Part shown: positions 50,945-62,666 of the stretch, one piece after another
Position numbering within the stretch: the first letter of the stretch is position 1
Layout: the number at the start of each line of letters is the position of its first letter
DNA from: Callorhinchus milii
Taxonomy: Eukaryota
Assembly: GCF_018977255.1 (NCBI RefSeq)
Contig: NW_024704742.1
Coordinates: 54,562,001 to 54,626,000 of the forward strand
Reading direction: 5' to 3'
Length of the DNA stretch: 64,000 bases
Translations under genes and position numbers: made by a program
Notes under the pieces: model-generated
Seen by the model: the letters and a program-made list of their open reading frames with translations, nothing else
Told to the model about the DNA's origin: nothing
Database searches by the model: none

Positions 50945-51222
50945 AAGATGTTGAGATATTAAATCCAGGTCCCATCTGCCTGTTCATTAAAGATCCCAAT
51001 ATGCTGTGGACATTGTGCACAGCAATATCCCACAAACAGCCATGAAACAACACTTGGTCACTTGTTTCATGGCTGTTTGTGGAATATTGCTGTGCACAAT
51101 TGTGCTGCTGAGTTTCACCAACAGATATACAGTCAATCCATTTCACTATAAATCATGAGAGCTCTTTGAGACGTCCTTCCAATGCAATAAGGCACTATAC
51201 CAAATACAAGGATTATTATTAT
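50945..51222 (+). mobile_element. Old DeuSINE with internal inverted duplication
   Basis: AGGTCCCATCTGCCTGTTCA body, core and tail; hairpin at 51012-51100. Confidence 0.85.
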
Positions 51223-51754
51223 TAATTGGCCCACAAATACACAGTTACTGCACTTCATAGTAAAATTCTGTGAAGCATTTTGGAACATCCTCCCAACATG
51301 AAAGCACTTTTCCAAAATGCAAGGATTATAAAAGATTATTATTAAGAGAGATTCGGATAGCAGAAGGTCCATCCAAAATACCATTTTTTGACACCAGCAG
51401 ATGCATAGGCAGAGGAAGTAACTGATTTGCTGCAAATATAAGAGAACTCAGAAAAGAAAGAACAAGCATGTCTCCATTTCTCCATTCTCTCTGCAGACCA
51501 TTTTTTCTATTTTTTCTATTGCAGAAGATGTCAACTCTATGGATCAGGAGAGGAGTGACTCACAAACCCAAAAAGGAAGGGAAAACACTCTCCACTGAGA
51601 GTGGTGATGGGACCAAATGCAAAAGAGATTTGGAGAAACGTCAGTGAGGGGGTGGAGGAGGAGAGAGAGAGTGAAGAATAGAATGACAATAATAATTTAC
51701 AAAGGGGTTTGAGAGGGTATATGTGCAGTTGCCCTCCCAACTGGCAAAGGGGAG

Positions 51755-52520
51755 CTTTGTTTTGATCAACTGGGCGTCTGACACATGCGGAAACCCATCA
51801 TCATGATTAAGAGTCTCCAAACCAAACTAAAAATTCCATGCATCCCACCTACACATGGAAATCCCAGAGATAGATTGTTGGAATGGAATGCACACTCTCT
51901 CCCTGAAGGGATGTATCCTGATTACTTAATTCCGGAAAGTATTAGATGCAGATTGGCAAGAGCCAAGGCTTGGGGACTCCAGATGGTGCATTCGGGTACT
52001 GCTGGAGTCTAACCAGCTTAAACCGCATAACTTGCCATTGACATTGCTGTCCAGCCAGCTTTCCAGCTGCTTATCCAGCAAGGTCCACCCTACCCATTAG
52101 GGCTTTGGCTTGCAGGGTTAATAGGAGCTGTTCCCCCAGTGATTGGTCTGCCCTTTCAGGATGTGCTGGTGAGCCAGGCTGGCTGTGCTGTCATCAGCAG
52201 TGCCCTGGTATACTGCGGACCTGCCTGGCTCAGGAACCAGATTACCAAGAACGTCACAGAGGGATGGCTCGATTCCAACATTCCATTGCCAGGCATGTCA
52301 CCTTGGAGCCAGTTCAGCCCCAGGGAGACCCCGCTTACCTCTCTCACATAGAGGATAGTCACTGGTTGGTCATTTGACATCCGACAAGCCCAGGTTTAGG
52401 ATCCCTCACGAGGTGGATGGTAACTATTGGGAACTTCCTGCGAGCTTCCTAGTGGGCAACACAACTCAGCATGAAATATTTAAGAGCATTGCACCATCTT
52501 CCTGTCTGCAGCTCAGGGAC
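51755..52520 (-). mobile_element. RTEX-like LINE 3' part (copy 5 of 5)
   Basis: Colinear with 3160-3995; minus strand reads SLSCRQEDG then (frameshift) LKYFMLSCVAH*EARRKF. Confidence 0.7.
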
Positions 52521-52717
52521 TCAAAGGGTGAACTATAAATTAAATAGTTTAATTTTGTTTTTCACAATAGGTTAACTGTAAATTAAATAGTTTAATTTTG
52601 TTTTGTGGGGTTACTGAAGCAACGTAAACCTTTTATGTAGTGTACTCCTTATAAGTACCTGCACAGAACTTTCTGAATCTTTCTATTATCTCATTTAACT
52701 TAATTTTCAGTGAAAGT

Positions 52718-53045
52718 CCTTCAGATGAGACATTAATCCAAGTTCCCATCTGCCTATTCTGTATATTTAGGTGGAGATTAAAAATCCCAAGGCATCGCTG
52801 AAATTTGATCAAGAACAAGGAGTTCTTCTGGTGTCCTAGCCAAAATGTCTCCCTCATCTAAAATCAGATTAAATTGTTCATTAAACTCATTTCTGCCTAT
52901 GAAACATTTGGCTGTGCAGATTAGCTGCCGCATTTGTCCACATAACAGTAATCACTACACTTCAAAGTAACTTGGCAGGATGAAGCACTTTGAGACATTT
53001 GAACATGATGAGATTTGCCATATCAATGCAAGTACTATAGTTATT
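52718..53045 (+). mobile_element. Old DeuSINE body and tail
   Basis: TTCAGATGAGACATTAA...TTAGCTGCCGCATTT...ACTACACTTCAAAG. Confidence 0.82.
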
Positions 53046-53784
53046 ATATTACAGGTTTATCAGAGAATAATTTACACATCTACTCGGACATGAATCAACA
53101 GTACCTCAGTAGAACTTTCTTAATGAAATTAGACCCCAAATTCATAAAAGGGTGTTCTGTGCAGTTACAATATGCCCTTTCCTGCACGGGCATCTTATTT
53201 TTCTCAGATTCTCTTCAATGCTTAATAAAAGTCCTTAGATTTGAATACAGCAAAGCAGAACGAGAGTGCAAGTTCCTGCTTTAAATCTGTATTCAACATC
53301 TTTCATAGAAAATGCACCATGCTGAGTAAATGCTCAGATAAATGTGATTGCGTTTTTAATTTGATGCAAGTGGATTGCCCGGCTAATAAATTGGTGATTA
53401 AAAGTCCATTAGAATATTTATGTTTTAGCACACCCATTCCAGCAAATTATCAATCAGCACAATGTTACATAATGCAAATGATCAGATTCCAGATGTAGGA
53501 GGATATCCAACATGATTCAATAAGTGAACATACATAATTTATGAAGAAAAGGACAGTATATATCAGGGTATCATTCCCACTCCAATCATATGTAAAAAAT
53601 ATATATTTTTGATATAATCAATGAAAAGTAGAATACTAGGGTGAAAAGTGATTTAATGTCATTTACAATTGAAGATTGGATCCTTCACCCAGCCAGTTAC
53701 TTTGAAGTGCAGTGATTGTTGTTACCTAGGCAAATATGGCAGCGAATCTGCACCAGCAAATATGTCACAGCCATCCTGATTTAG

Positions 53785-54190
53785 TTGGTTGAAAATTTGC
53801 TTCTGAGTCAAAACTTTATGGGTACAAAGCACCATGTCAGAACTCACGATATTGGCTGACATTGCATTACAATGCTGTGGGAGCGATGCATTGTTGGAGA
53901 TGCTTCCTTTGGCGAGGGACATTAACCTGAGGTCCTGTCTGCCTGTTAAGGTGGATGCTGAAGATCCCATGGCACTAGAAAAGAGAAGTTAGTTTCTTTC
54001 CATGTCCTGACCAAAAATACCCCAGATAAAAATTGGTCATTCACTTTATTGCTGTTGTGGAATATTACTGTGCCCAAATTGGCTGCTATGTTCACTTACA
54101 AATACTTAGTCACGATGCTGTACAGTAAATTCTTTGAGACAATTTGACGGCATGATAAATTGCAAAATCAAATTCAAGAATTATTATTAT
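53785..54190 (+). mobile_element. Old DeuSINE (SacSINE1-like)
   Basis: GCATTGTTGGAGATGC...AAATTGGCTGC. Confidence 0.8.
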
Positions 54191-55929
54191 TCCACAAACC
54201 AACTGTGGAATGCTGGAGTCTGAGGATGTTGAGTTCATAGGCACCACTGGCCAACTCATCATATGCTGTAAGTGAGTCTTGGTCGGGGGATGTGGGGGAG
54301 GGGAGAATGATAAGGAATCATCAACTGGGACATCATCACCAAGATAAAATAAGTTGGATAAATGTGATATGTGAAGATTGTGACAATAAACGTTGCATTC
54401 AATTTCAACCTTTTCCAAACTTAAATGGAATCTGAATATTTAACATTTTATTCCTAAAGAGGCCTGTTTTAGTCATTTCAGGTTGAAAATGTAGTTCAGT
54501 GCTGATCCTGCATGTTTATTTCCTGAATCTAACCTGCACTGCAGCAGTTCCACTAATTATACCATCAACTCCACTGCTTACTACCTATACCTGATCTGCA
54601 CTGCAGTATTTCACAAAAGGTTAGTCAAATAAACTGAATTCCTCCCACCTGCATGCATACAAATGCTTGTGAGAAAGGCTCTATTTGAAAACATACAAGG
54701 AGAACCAAGATTATTGTTTGCAGAATATGTTGGTATCAGCGATTGGACAACACCCAGTTACTATGGAACCTGTTAGAGAGAACATTTGCTTAGATTCATG
54801 TTTGTATACTTCGACAAGGATTGTTGAATATTAGTTGAGAATACGGTTAATATAATGTTTTTCTGAGTGGCAAAACAGTAAAGCCTTGTTATTGAGATGA
54901 GAGCTATAAAATTCCTACCCACCTTATAAAAGGGAGCAGTTGTCAGTCAGCACTTCTACATGGTGACATCACCAATCATATGCAAAATGACGGCTCCATC
55001 GGCATATATCACACTTGAAATTTCATTATCGCTTCAAAACGTGATATTGCATTTTAAATACCGTTGCTGCACTGACATGTTTTGGAACACCACACAGGAG
55101 TTCAAGCATGATTTGCAGCGCAAAGATGGATTTAGATGGTGCCATGTCAGGATTTTGGTTTTGTAATTAAGATAATAACAGGATCCACAACCCAATCGTA
55201 TAAGTGAACCCACACGATAATGAAGTGAGGTTTAACACAATATTACTGTATACAGTGGGTTTGCTTCTTTGTCACCTTTTTGCAAAAATACTAATTTGAC
55301 TCCCTGGAGTTTCAATAAAAAATGGTAAATTTCTAACATTTTAAGTTTCCGCACGACATATTTCGAAATCTATGAGCATCATTCAAAATCCCATAGAAGA
55401 GTGCAACTATTTTGCTTTCCTTTTGGTGTTTCTTTTGTATGTCACGTGTAGTTGTGTTAATTTTCCAGTTATGGTGGAATAAGGAAGCCCCCTTGTGCTG
55501 ATAGGAGTGAAGCACACCAATGAATCTTGTCGTGAAAGGCCTAACCAGCGTTCAGCTCACTCAAATATTTATCATATAATCTGTGTGTTTTACAATGTGT
55601 CTTGTGTATATTAGTAACACACATCAACCAGTCAATATATTTGTTATCATTTTAGAGAATAAGCTTCAGTTTAAACAATCGTGATTGATTTTCTGAAACC
55701 CATTTGACTCAGTTCCTTGCGCAGTTAGACAAGAGTGCCAATGTCCTACGTCAAGAAATGATATTACATTGATAGCAATAAATAGTGTGACGCATTCAAC
55801 AAAATATGAGCAAAATAATTTGCATGTTATTAGGAATTTGCTTACTTGGAATGTGCTGTAGGAAACATTCCATTCAAATCAGTGGTTATTGAAACCTCAA
55901 TTTAAGATAGAAAGGGTTAATTCTGGTAT

Positions 55930-56000
55930 TATAATAATATTCCTTGCATTTGATATAGCATCTTATCACATCTTTGAGATGTCTCCAAGTGCTTCATGGA

Positions 56001-56004
<4 letters not shown>
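55930..56004 (-). mobile_element. Old SINE tail
   Basis: CCTTGCATTTGATATAGCATCTTATCAC. Confidence 0.85.
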
Positions 56005-56042
<38 letters not shown>

Positions 56043-56345
56043 CCTTGCATTTGATATAGCGCTTTTCACGTCAGGAGGACGTCCCAAAGCGCTTCACAGA
56101 ACACACTGTAAAGTGAATTGACTGTATATTTGTGGGCGAACGCGGCAGCCAATTGCGCACAGCAATGTCCCACAAACAGTCGTAGCTTGAAAATGACCAA
56201 TTTATTATTGTTTTTGGATTTGGAGGGATTATTATTAGGTGTGTGGAGTAAGGAAACTTGCCCAAGGTTTCGCCCTGTCTGGAATTGAACTCAGGTCTCT
56301 CGCTTGCAAAGCGAGTGCTCTAACCACTGAGCTACAGGACTCCAC
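56005..56345 (-). mobile_element. tRNA-Ala-derived SINE, short form, young
   Basis: About 10 differences in ~300 bp from 58506-58806; long perfect (AAT)n. Confidence 0.97.
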
Positions 56346-56348
56346 AAC

Positions 56349-56390
<42 letters not shown>

Positions 56391-56750
56391 CCTCGCATTT
56401 GATATATCAGGTCTTGAGACTGAGATGTCTCAAAGCGCTTCGCAGAATATACTGTAAAGTGAATTGACTGTATATTTTGTGGGCGAAGCACGGCAGCCAA
56501 TTGCGCACAGCAGTGTCCCACAATCAGTCGTGGATTGAGTGACCAATTTATCATTATTTTTTTTTTGAAGGAATTGTTACCCCCAGAAAAGCGATCTGTC
56601 AATCAACTAATAACTGGTTCCTACTTACTGCTAGGAAAACAGAAGCGTGTGGAGTAAGGAAACTTGCCCAACATTTCACTCTGCCGGGAATCAAACCCAG
56701 GTCTTTTGCTTGCAAGGCGAGTGCTCTAACAATGAGCTACAGGACTCCAC
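56346..56750 (-). mobile_element. tRNA-Ala-derived SINE, long form
   Basis: Full length; tail abuts the head of the next copy. Confidence 0.96.
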
Positions 56751-57254
56751 AGGTCTCTGTGTTTAAGAAATGTTGGCCTGCTAGGTTATTTGTTTTACAG
56801 CAAGGACAGTTTGATACTAACCAAACATGAGATAAAAGAAAAAAGTAATGTTATAATAGTGGCACCAAAATGGAGACGCTCACATTAGAGCAATATTTGT
56901 CATTTGTAGCAATATAGCAGGCAAAATAAATTTCCTATTGTAGAGTCAGAGACAGAGGAGATGTTCATACCAGAGATAGTTTAGCGGGAAGATTATAATT
57001 AGAATCCGCTATATCCAAGTGCCCAGTTAAAGGTTTCCCTGACCTCAAACACAAACCATTCATCAATCTCAAGAAAAAAACAGCTAATCACAGCTGCCAA
57101 TCAAAACAGGTGGCATCTCAGCCCAATATCTAATATGGCAAAATATAATAAGTATATTAATGGAGAGTTCTGTACAGAGGAGGCCTGATTCTGGCAGGTA
57201 GTCAGGAAAATTGTATGTTGAGAAGCAGCAGATTGGGAAATATCAGGAGAGTGA

Positions 57255-57505
57255 GAACTTTTCACACAGCAATATCCCACAAGCAGCATTGAAGTAAATA
57301 ATCAATTTGATCTGGGAAATCGTTGGACAGGACACATCGGAAGAAACATCCATTTGAACAGGTAGGGGGACCTTCAGCCAAAGGATGGAACCGCTAATAA
57401 AGAAGTGCACTCCCAGCACAGCATTGGAGTTTCAGCCTAAACTTTGTGAGTTCAAAGTCAAACGTGGGCTTGAACCCACATCCTTCTGATTTAGGGGTGA
57501 GAACT
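57255..57505 (-). mobile_element. Old DeuSINE fragment
   Basis: GGCTTGAACCCACATCCTTCTGA; CACAGCAATATCCCACAA. Confidence 0.7.
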
Positions 57506-57904
57506 AAAAAAAATTAAATCTGAACTAGGAATATGATGTAAAACAGTTTAGAACCACTTTCATAATCACTAAATTAATATCGTGCTTTGATATTCAAAGA
57601 ATCTCCCTGATCCATTTAACATTTAAGAACATTTTGGAAATTACAATAATCCTCGCATTTGCTATAGTGCCTAATCATTGTAGTTGAGACATCTCAAAGT
57701 GCTTCACAGGATTTAGTGAATGTGTACTTTGTAGGCCAATTCATCTTATTTTATCTTATTTTATCATCCAAAAAGGAAGTAATTGTAATAGGCATATATT
57801 CATTACCTTATTGTATACAATAGACATTACATTCCAATTACAACGTTTTTCACATTTGAAGCATATCTCAAAGTCTCAATTTTTCTATCGTGACCATTGT
57901 TGGG

Positions 57905-59260
57905 TCTTCATCTATATGCTCCCTCTGGGCAATGTCATCCACAGACACGGGGTAAACTTCCACAAGTATGCGGATGACACACAAATCTACCTTGCCTCCT
58001 CCAGCATCTAATCCAGGTCCGCCGATGTTCTATCAGCTTGTCTGGCCGACATCAGGGCTTGAATCAATGAAAACTTCCTTCAGCTGAATGTGGGCAAGAA
58101 GACAGAAAACCTTACCCCAAATGCAGCCCAAACCCTTGTGCCCAACATGTCACCTCCCGCCTTGATTACTCAAACATACTCCTTGCCGATCTCCCCAATC
58201 CCACTATTCTTAGTGGAGCCAAAGAGCCATATTCTTTGGCTCCCATCAACATCTTCACTCCTGTGGATCTAAATTCCTCAACCTCCATGGACTCTCCATC
58301 AGACTCACCAAACCAGTGCGCATTCTTGGTATTCAGTTCAACCCCCCAGCTGTCCTTCTTCCCCCACATCGGGTTCCTGACCAGAACCGCCTTTCTCCAC
58401 CTCCACCACATTGCCCACCTCCGACCATACCTTACCCCAAATGCAGCTGAAACCCTCGTGCATGCGTTTGTCACCTCCCGCCTGGATTACAGGCTATGGA
58501 GTCCTGGAGTCCTGTAGCTCAGTGGTTAGAGCACTCGCTTTGCAAGCGAGAGACCTGAGTTCAATTCCAGGCAGGGAGAAACCTTGGGCAAGTTTCCTTA
58601 CTCCACACGCCTAATAATAATCCCTCCAAAACCAAAAACAATAATAAATTGGTCATTTTCAATCTACGTCTGTTTGTGGGACATTGCTGTGCGCAATTGG
58701 CTGCCGCGTTCGCCCACAAATATACAGTCAATTCACTTTACAGTATATTTTGTGAAGCGCTTTGGGACGTCCTCCCGACGTGAAAAGCGCTATATCAAAT
58801 GCAAGGATTATTATTATTATTATTACACAAACACACTCCTCGCCGGTCTCCCCAGCTCCACTATTCAAAAGATCCAGCTCATTCAGAACTCTGCCGCCCC
58901 CATACTGATCTGGACCAAACTCCATACCCACATCTCACCAGTTCTGGCCAGGCTCCACTGGCTCCCCATCACCAACCGGATCGACTTCAAGATCCTCACA
59001 CTTGTGTTCAAATCCCTTCACTCTCTGACACCTCCCTACCTCTCCGACCTCCTCATTCCCACCCGGCACCTCCACGCAACTGGCACCGGTCTCCTGCTCA
59101 TCCCTCGCAACCTCCGCTCCACTATTGGAGGTTGCGCTTTCAGCCACTATTCTCTGAAACTCTGGAATAATCTCCCTCAATCCTTCCACCTTGCCACCTC
59201 TCTCCCCTTTTTCAAGTCCCACCTGAAAACCTTACTTTTTGACTGTGTTTACCGCCACCT
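57905..59260 (+). mobile_element. L2 LINE RT and C-terminal remnant, with nested SINE and templated insertion
   Basis: [39 protein letters not shown] then TNTLLAGLP...LHWLPITNRIDFKIL. Confidence 0.95.
58497..58826 (+). mobile_element. tRNA-Ala(TGC)-derived SINE, short form, young, nested in L2
   Basis: A box TAGCTCAGTGG, anticodon arm CTCGC-TTTGCAA-GCGAG, B box; ATTACA at 58486-58491 and 58822-58827; 5' TGGAGTCC duplicated. Confidence 0.97.
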
Positions 59261-60014
59261 ATACATCATGAGGGAACCTGGCACTTCAGCTCCAATCAGA
59301 TCTCATGCCCAAGTTAAAGTCTCACAGTCTTGAGTGTCGTACAGGGGATTGCCTCAAGATAAGGGCAGATTACATTGCAACAGGTGATTTTGCCAATGGT
59401 TATGTAACAGTGACTCCACTAGAATGCTTGTAATTGCAAGTATTAAGCTCCCAACTCTACCCTCTCTCACAGCCCCACCTCCCATTGCGATTATACAACC
59501 ATCCAAGTACTTGGATGAATATAAATACATCAATGTATGTGGTAAATGAATATGGATGATTGAAGACTGGACTTTTTAAAATCTTACTTAATTTTCCATT
59601 CCATTAATGGATCATTAATCAGAGCAATAATAAACACAACAATTGTCCATTGATCTAATGACCATTACACAATGTAGTCTACCACAAGATCCACTAACTG
59701 TGGACAAACTTGAATTATTGACTAACTTCAAACATTTATATCAAAGGGAGTAAAATGCACTTTGGTATTTCTTGTACACTCTTGAATAGGATAAGAAAAA
59801 AAGGTTTGTTATTTGATAGTTTATCCTTCCTCATCTCTGGCCTCCATTCTTTCTCTTCATCAAATCTTTCTTGTCTTTTTCTATGAATATTCCTATATCC
59901 ATTGCTCCTCTACAGGTTCCTCAGATAGTCCAGAGTTCAAGTTCTACTCCACCTCCTTCCTACATCCTTACTATGTTATAACAAAATCTCATCACATTGT
60001 CTTCTATTCACCCT

Positions 60015-60117
60015 CAAAATACATAGTCACTCTACTTTACAGTATATCCTGTGATGTGCTTTGAGACATCGTCCCGACATGAAAGGTATTGAATCAAATG
60101 TAGATTATTATTATTAT
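60015..60117 (+). mobile_element. SINE tail fragment
   Basis: CTTTACAGTATATCCTGTG...(ATT)n. Confidence 0.8.
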
Positions 60118-61197
60118 TTTAAAAAATCCCCAAAACCTCAAGATTTTGAGATTCCTTCAATGCCTCACTCTTCCCTTCCTTGAACATCTATTAGCATCAA
60201 CTAATCACTTCATTTAGACTTAACATGTATTTTCAAGCTTGGTGATTCTTAGCCTTTCAAAGATTACAATAAAAATAAAGTGGAATACCTAAAAATCTCC
60301 TAAACTTCAGCAATGTTAAATTGCACCTATTCAAGATGTTTTGCAACTGATGTACGTCGAATAAGTGAGATCTCCTTCGCGAGATCCAAATTTTGATTTG
60401 AATGCTTCTCTCTCCTCATTTGATTGATGCCTTTCTCCCCGTTAAAGTCAAGCCTTATCTGAAGAAAAAGCATGTTTACCACTATTTCAGTGATGCCTGC
60501 TGAGAATAACCAGGACCTTTAATATATTCCACAGAGCTGTCGTTATGAAGTTTTGTTAATAATGGTAGAAACTTTGCCTGAACTAAATTAAGGATGTAAC
60601 TAATTTCTCCTGTGTGCATTTGGACAGGTTTCTTCATATCTTATTAAAGGATTAATTAAAATATTCATCACACACACTCCCCCAGGATTCCCAGCAAAGG
60701 AAGTACAATATTCTAGAACAGAAATATTTCTTAATTTGTATTTAATAACATAAAAATGAAATTTACTCTCCCACCTCCAGAGGGTATTATTTTTCTAAGG
60801 TTATGCTTTTTTATTGTACGTGTGAGTGTATGAGGATAGTGTACCCTTGAATCATCCAGTCCCACCAGACATTATAATGTACCAATTTGAGGCTAGCCTA
60901 TCATTTCTGTCACTTCATGATGGTATCACACTCCCCGTGCGGGAATCTGCTGTTGTACTGCCCTCTGCTGATCAATGTTGAAATAAAAATCCTGTCAGAT
61001 AGCCAGGAGCACTTTCTCACTTTGCCTTCTATGAGGTGAAAAATTGATCACGTGATGTGCAAATTATCACCAGCGCATAGCGTACCCTGAGACTTTCTCT
61101 CTTTGTGACATAAGTGCAAACTATTGTTATTGTTGCTAAATATCACATTGTCAAAAATTGCGGGCAAACTAACATATTGTGAAAGATTCCCACAATC

Positions 61198-61985
61198 GTT
61201 ATTCACCTAGGTAGTAAAAACAGAAAAGCAGATTATTTTCTAGAGGGGGAGAGATTAGATAGTGTTAGTGTTCAGAAGGATTTGGCCATCCTTGTACATC
61301 AGTCACAAAAAGTTAGTATGCAGGTACAGCAAGCAACTAGGAAGGCTAATGGCATGTTGGCGTTTATTGCAAAAGTAGGGAAGTCTTGCTGCAACTGCAT
61401 AGGGCCTTGGTGAGACCACACCAAAAATATTGTGTGCAGTTTTGGTCTCCTTATTTAAGAAAGGACATACTCGCTTTAGAGGGGATGCAGCATAGATTCA
61501 CTAGATTAGTTCAAGGGATGAGGGGTTTAACCTATGAGGATAGGTTGAGTAAACTAGGCCCATATTCTCTAGAATATAGAAGAATTAGGGGTGATCTTAT
61601 AGAAACATATAAGATTCTTATGGGGCTTGACAGAGTAGACAGTGTGAGACTGTTTCTCCTGGTAGGAGAATCTATAACTAGGGGTCACAGTCTTAAGATT
61701 AAGGGTCAGCCCTTTCGAACAGAATTGAGGAAACACTTCTTCACTCAGAGGGTAGTGAATTTATGGAATTCTCTACCCCGGAAGGCTGTAGATGCTCAGT
61801 CCTTGAATATATTCAAGACTGAGATTGTTAGATTTCTAAAAGATGGAGGGATTAAGGGTTATGAGAATAAGACGGGCAGATGGAGTTAGGTTAGAAGATC
61901 AGCCATTCTTATTGAATGGCAGGATAGGCTTGAGGGGCTGAATGGTCGACTCCTGCTCCTAATTCCTATGTTTCTATGTTCCTAT
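61198..61985 (+). mobile_element. CR1 LINE 3' part
   Basis: ORF 61386-61889: LVRPH..YCVQFWSPYLRKDILALE...RRIRGDLIETYKI...FFTQRVVNLWNSLP; TTCCTATG tail. Confidence 0.96.
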
Positions 61986-62666
61986 CTTTAACATCCATCT
62001 GAACAACAGACGGAAGGAAGTCATTAGCATATACAAGTGCCACTGTTTTCAGTAAAACAACTCACAAGTAGGCAAAGGCATGCTTTTCTTCAATTTTTTT
62101 GTAGCTCCCTGAATTGATTGAATCTCTGTCATAGTATGACTCAAAATTCTAATAAAAGGTGAAATTCAAAGCAAATTCAGAGTATTGTCGCTGAGCAGGA
62201 TGGAAGAAGCATATTTAAGGATTGAGAGTAGCCGACAAACCCCATTTAAAATTCCCACACTTTATTGTGATTGATACAATTGATAAAATGAGTTGTGTAA
62301 CCAGCATGAATATGGAGAAGGCAGGAACTGACTTACCCAGTGGGTTAAAAAAAGGATTAAAGTGGGTAGAGAATGAGACAAGAGATCTAAGGGAAGGTAG
62401 ACCTCAGGTGCAGAGGAGAGGGGATGAGGGCAAGAGTGACTGAGGCGCAATAACGGGAAAAGGGGTCTATAAGATGGGAATAATGAAGATGAGAGCAAAA
62501 GTGACTGGGGAGTAACAACTATAAAGCGTCTAAGAGGGCAATTTGAGCAAAAGAGGCTCATAAAATATAAAGAAGGAAACAGGTAACAATGGGAAACAAG
62601 TGGTAATTCTGTACACCCGCTGGCTCCAACTAGGGATCTTCATAACAGAAGGCGACCGAGCACATC

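Noticed and set aside
54905..54960. TATA box or CArG-like promoter
   Set aside because: CC(A/T)8GG is not a canonical CArG box, initiator spacing is poor and there is no CpG island or downstream gene
58506..58576. tRNA-Ala(TGC) gene, and similar heads elsewhere
   Set aside because: Continues directly into SINE core and tail; acceptor stem is irregular; many dispersed copies
58584..59333. 249-aa ORF, the longest in the window
   Set aside because: Chance fusion of SINE sequence, a (TAT)n poly-Tyr run and L2 ORF2 C-terminus
61386..61889. 167-aa ORF as a host gene
   Set aside because: CR1 ORF2 C-terminus in a 5'-truncated copy with no RT core
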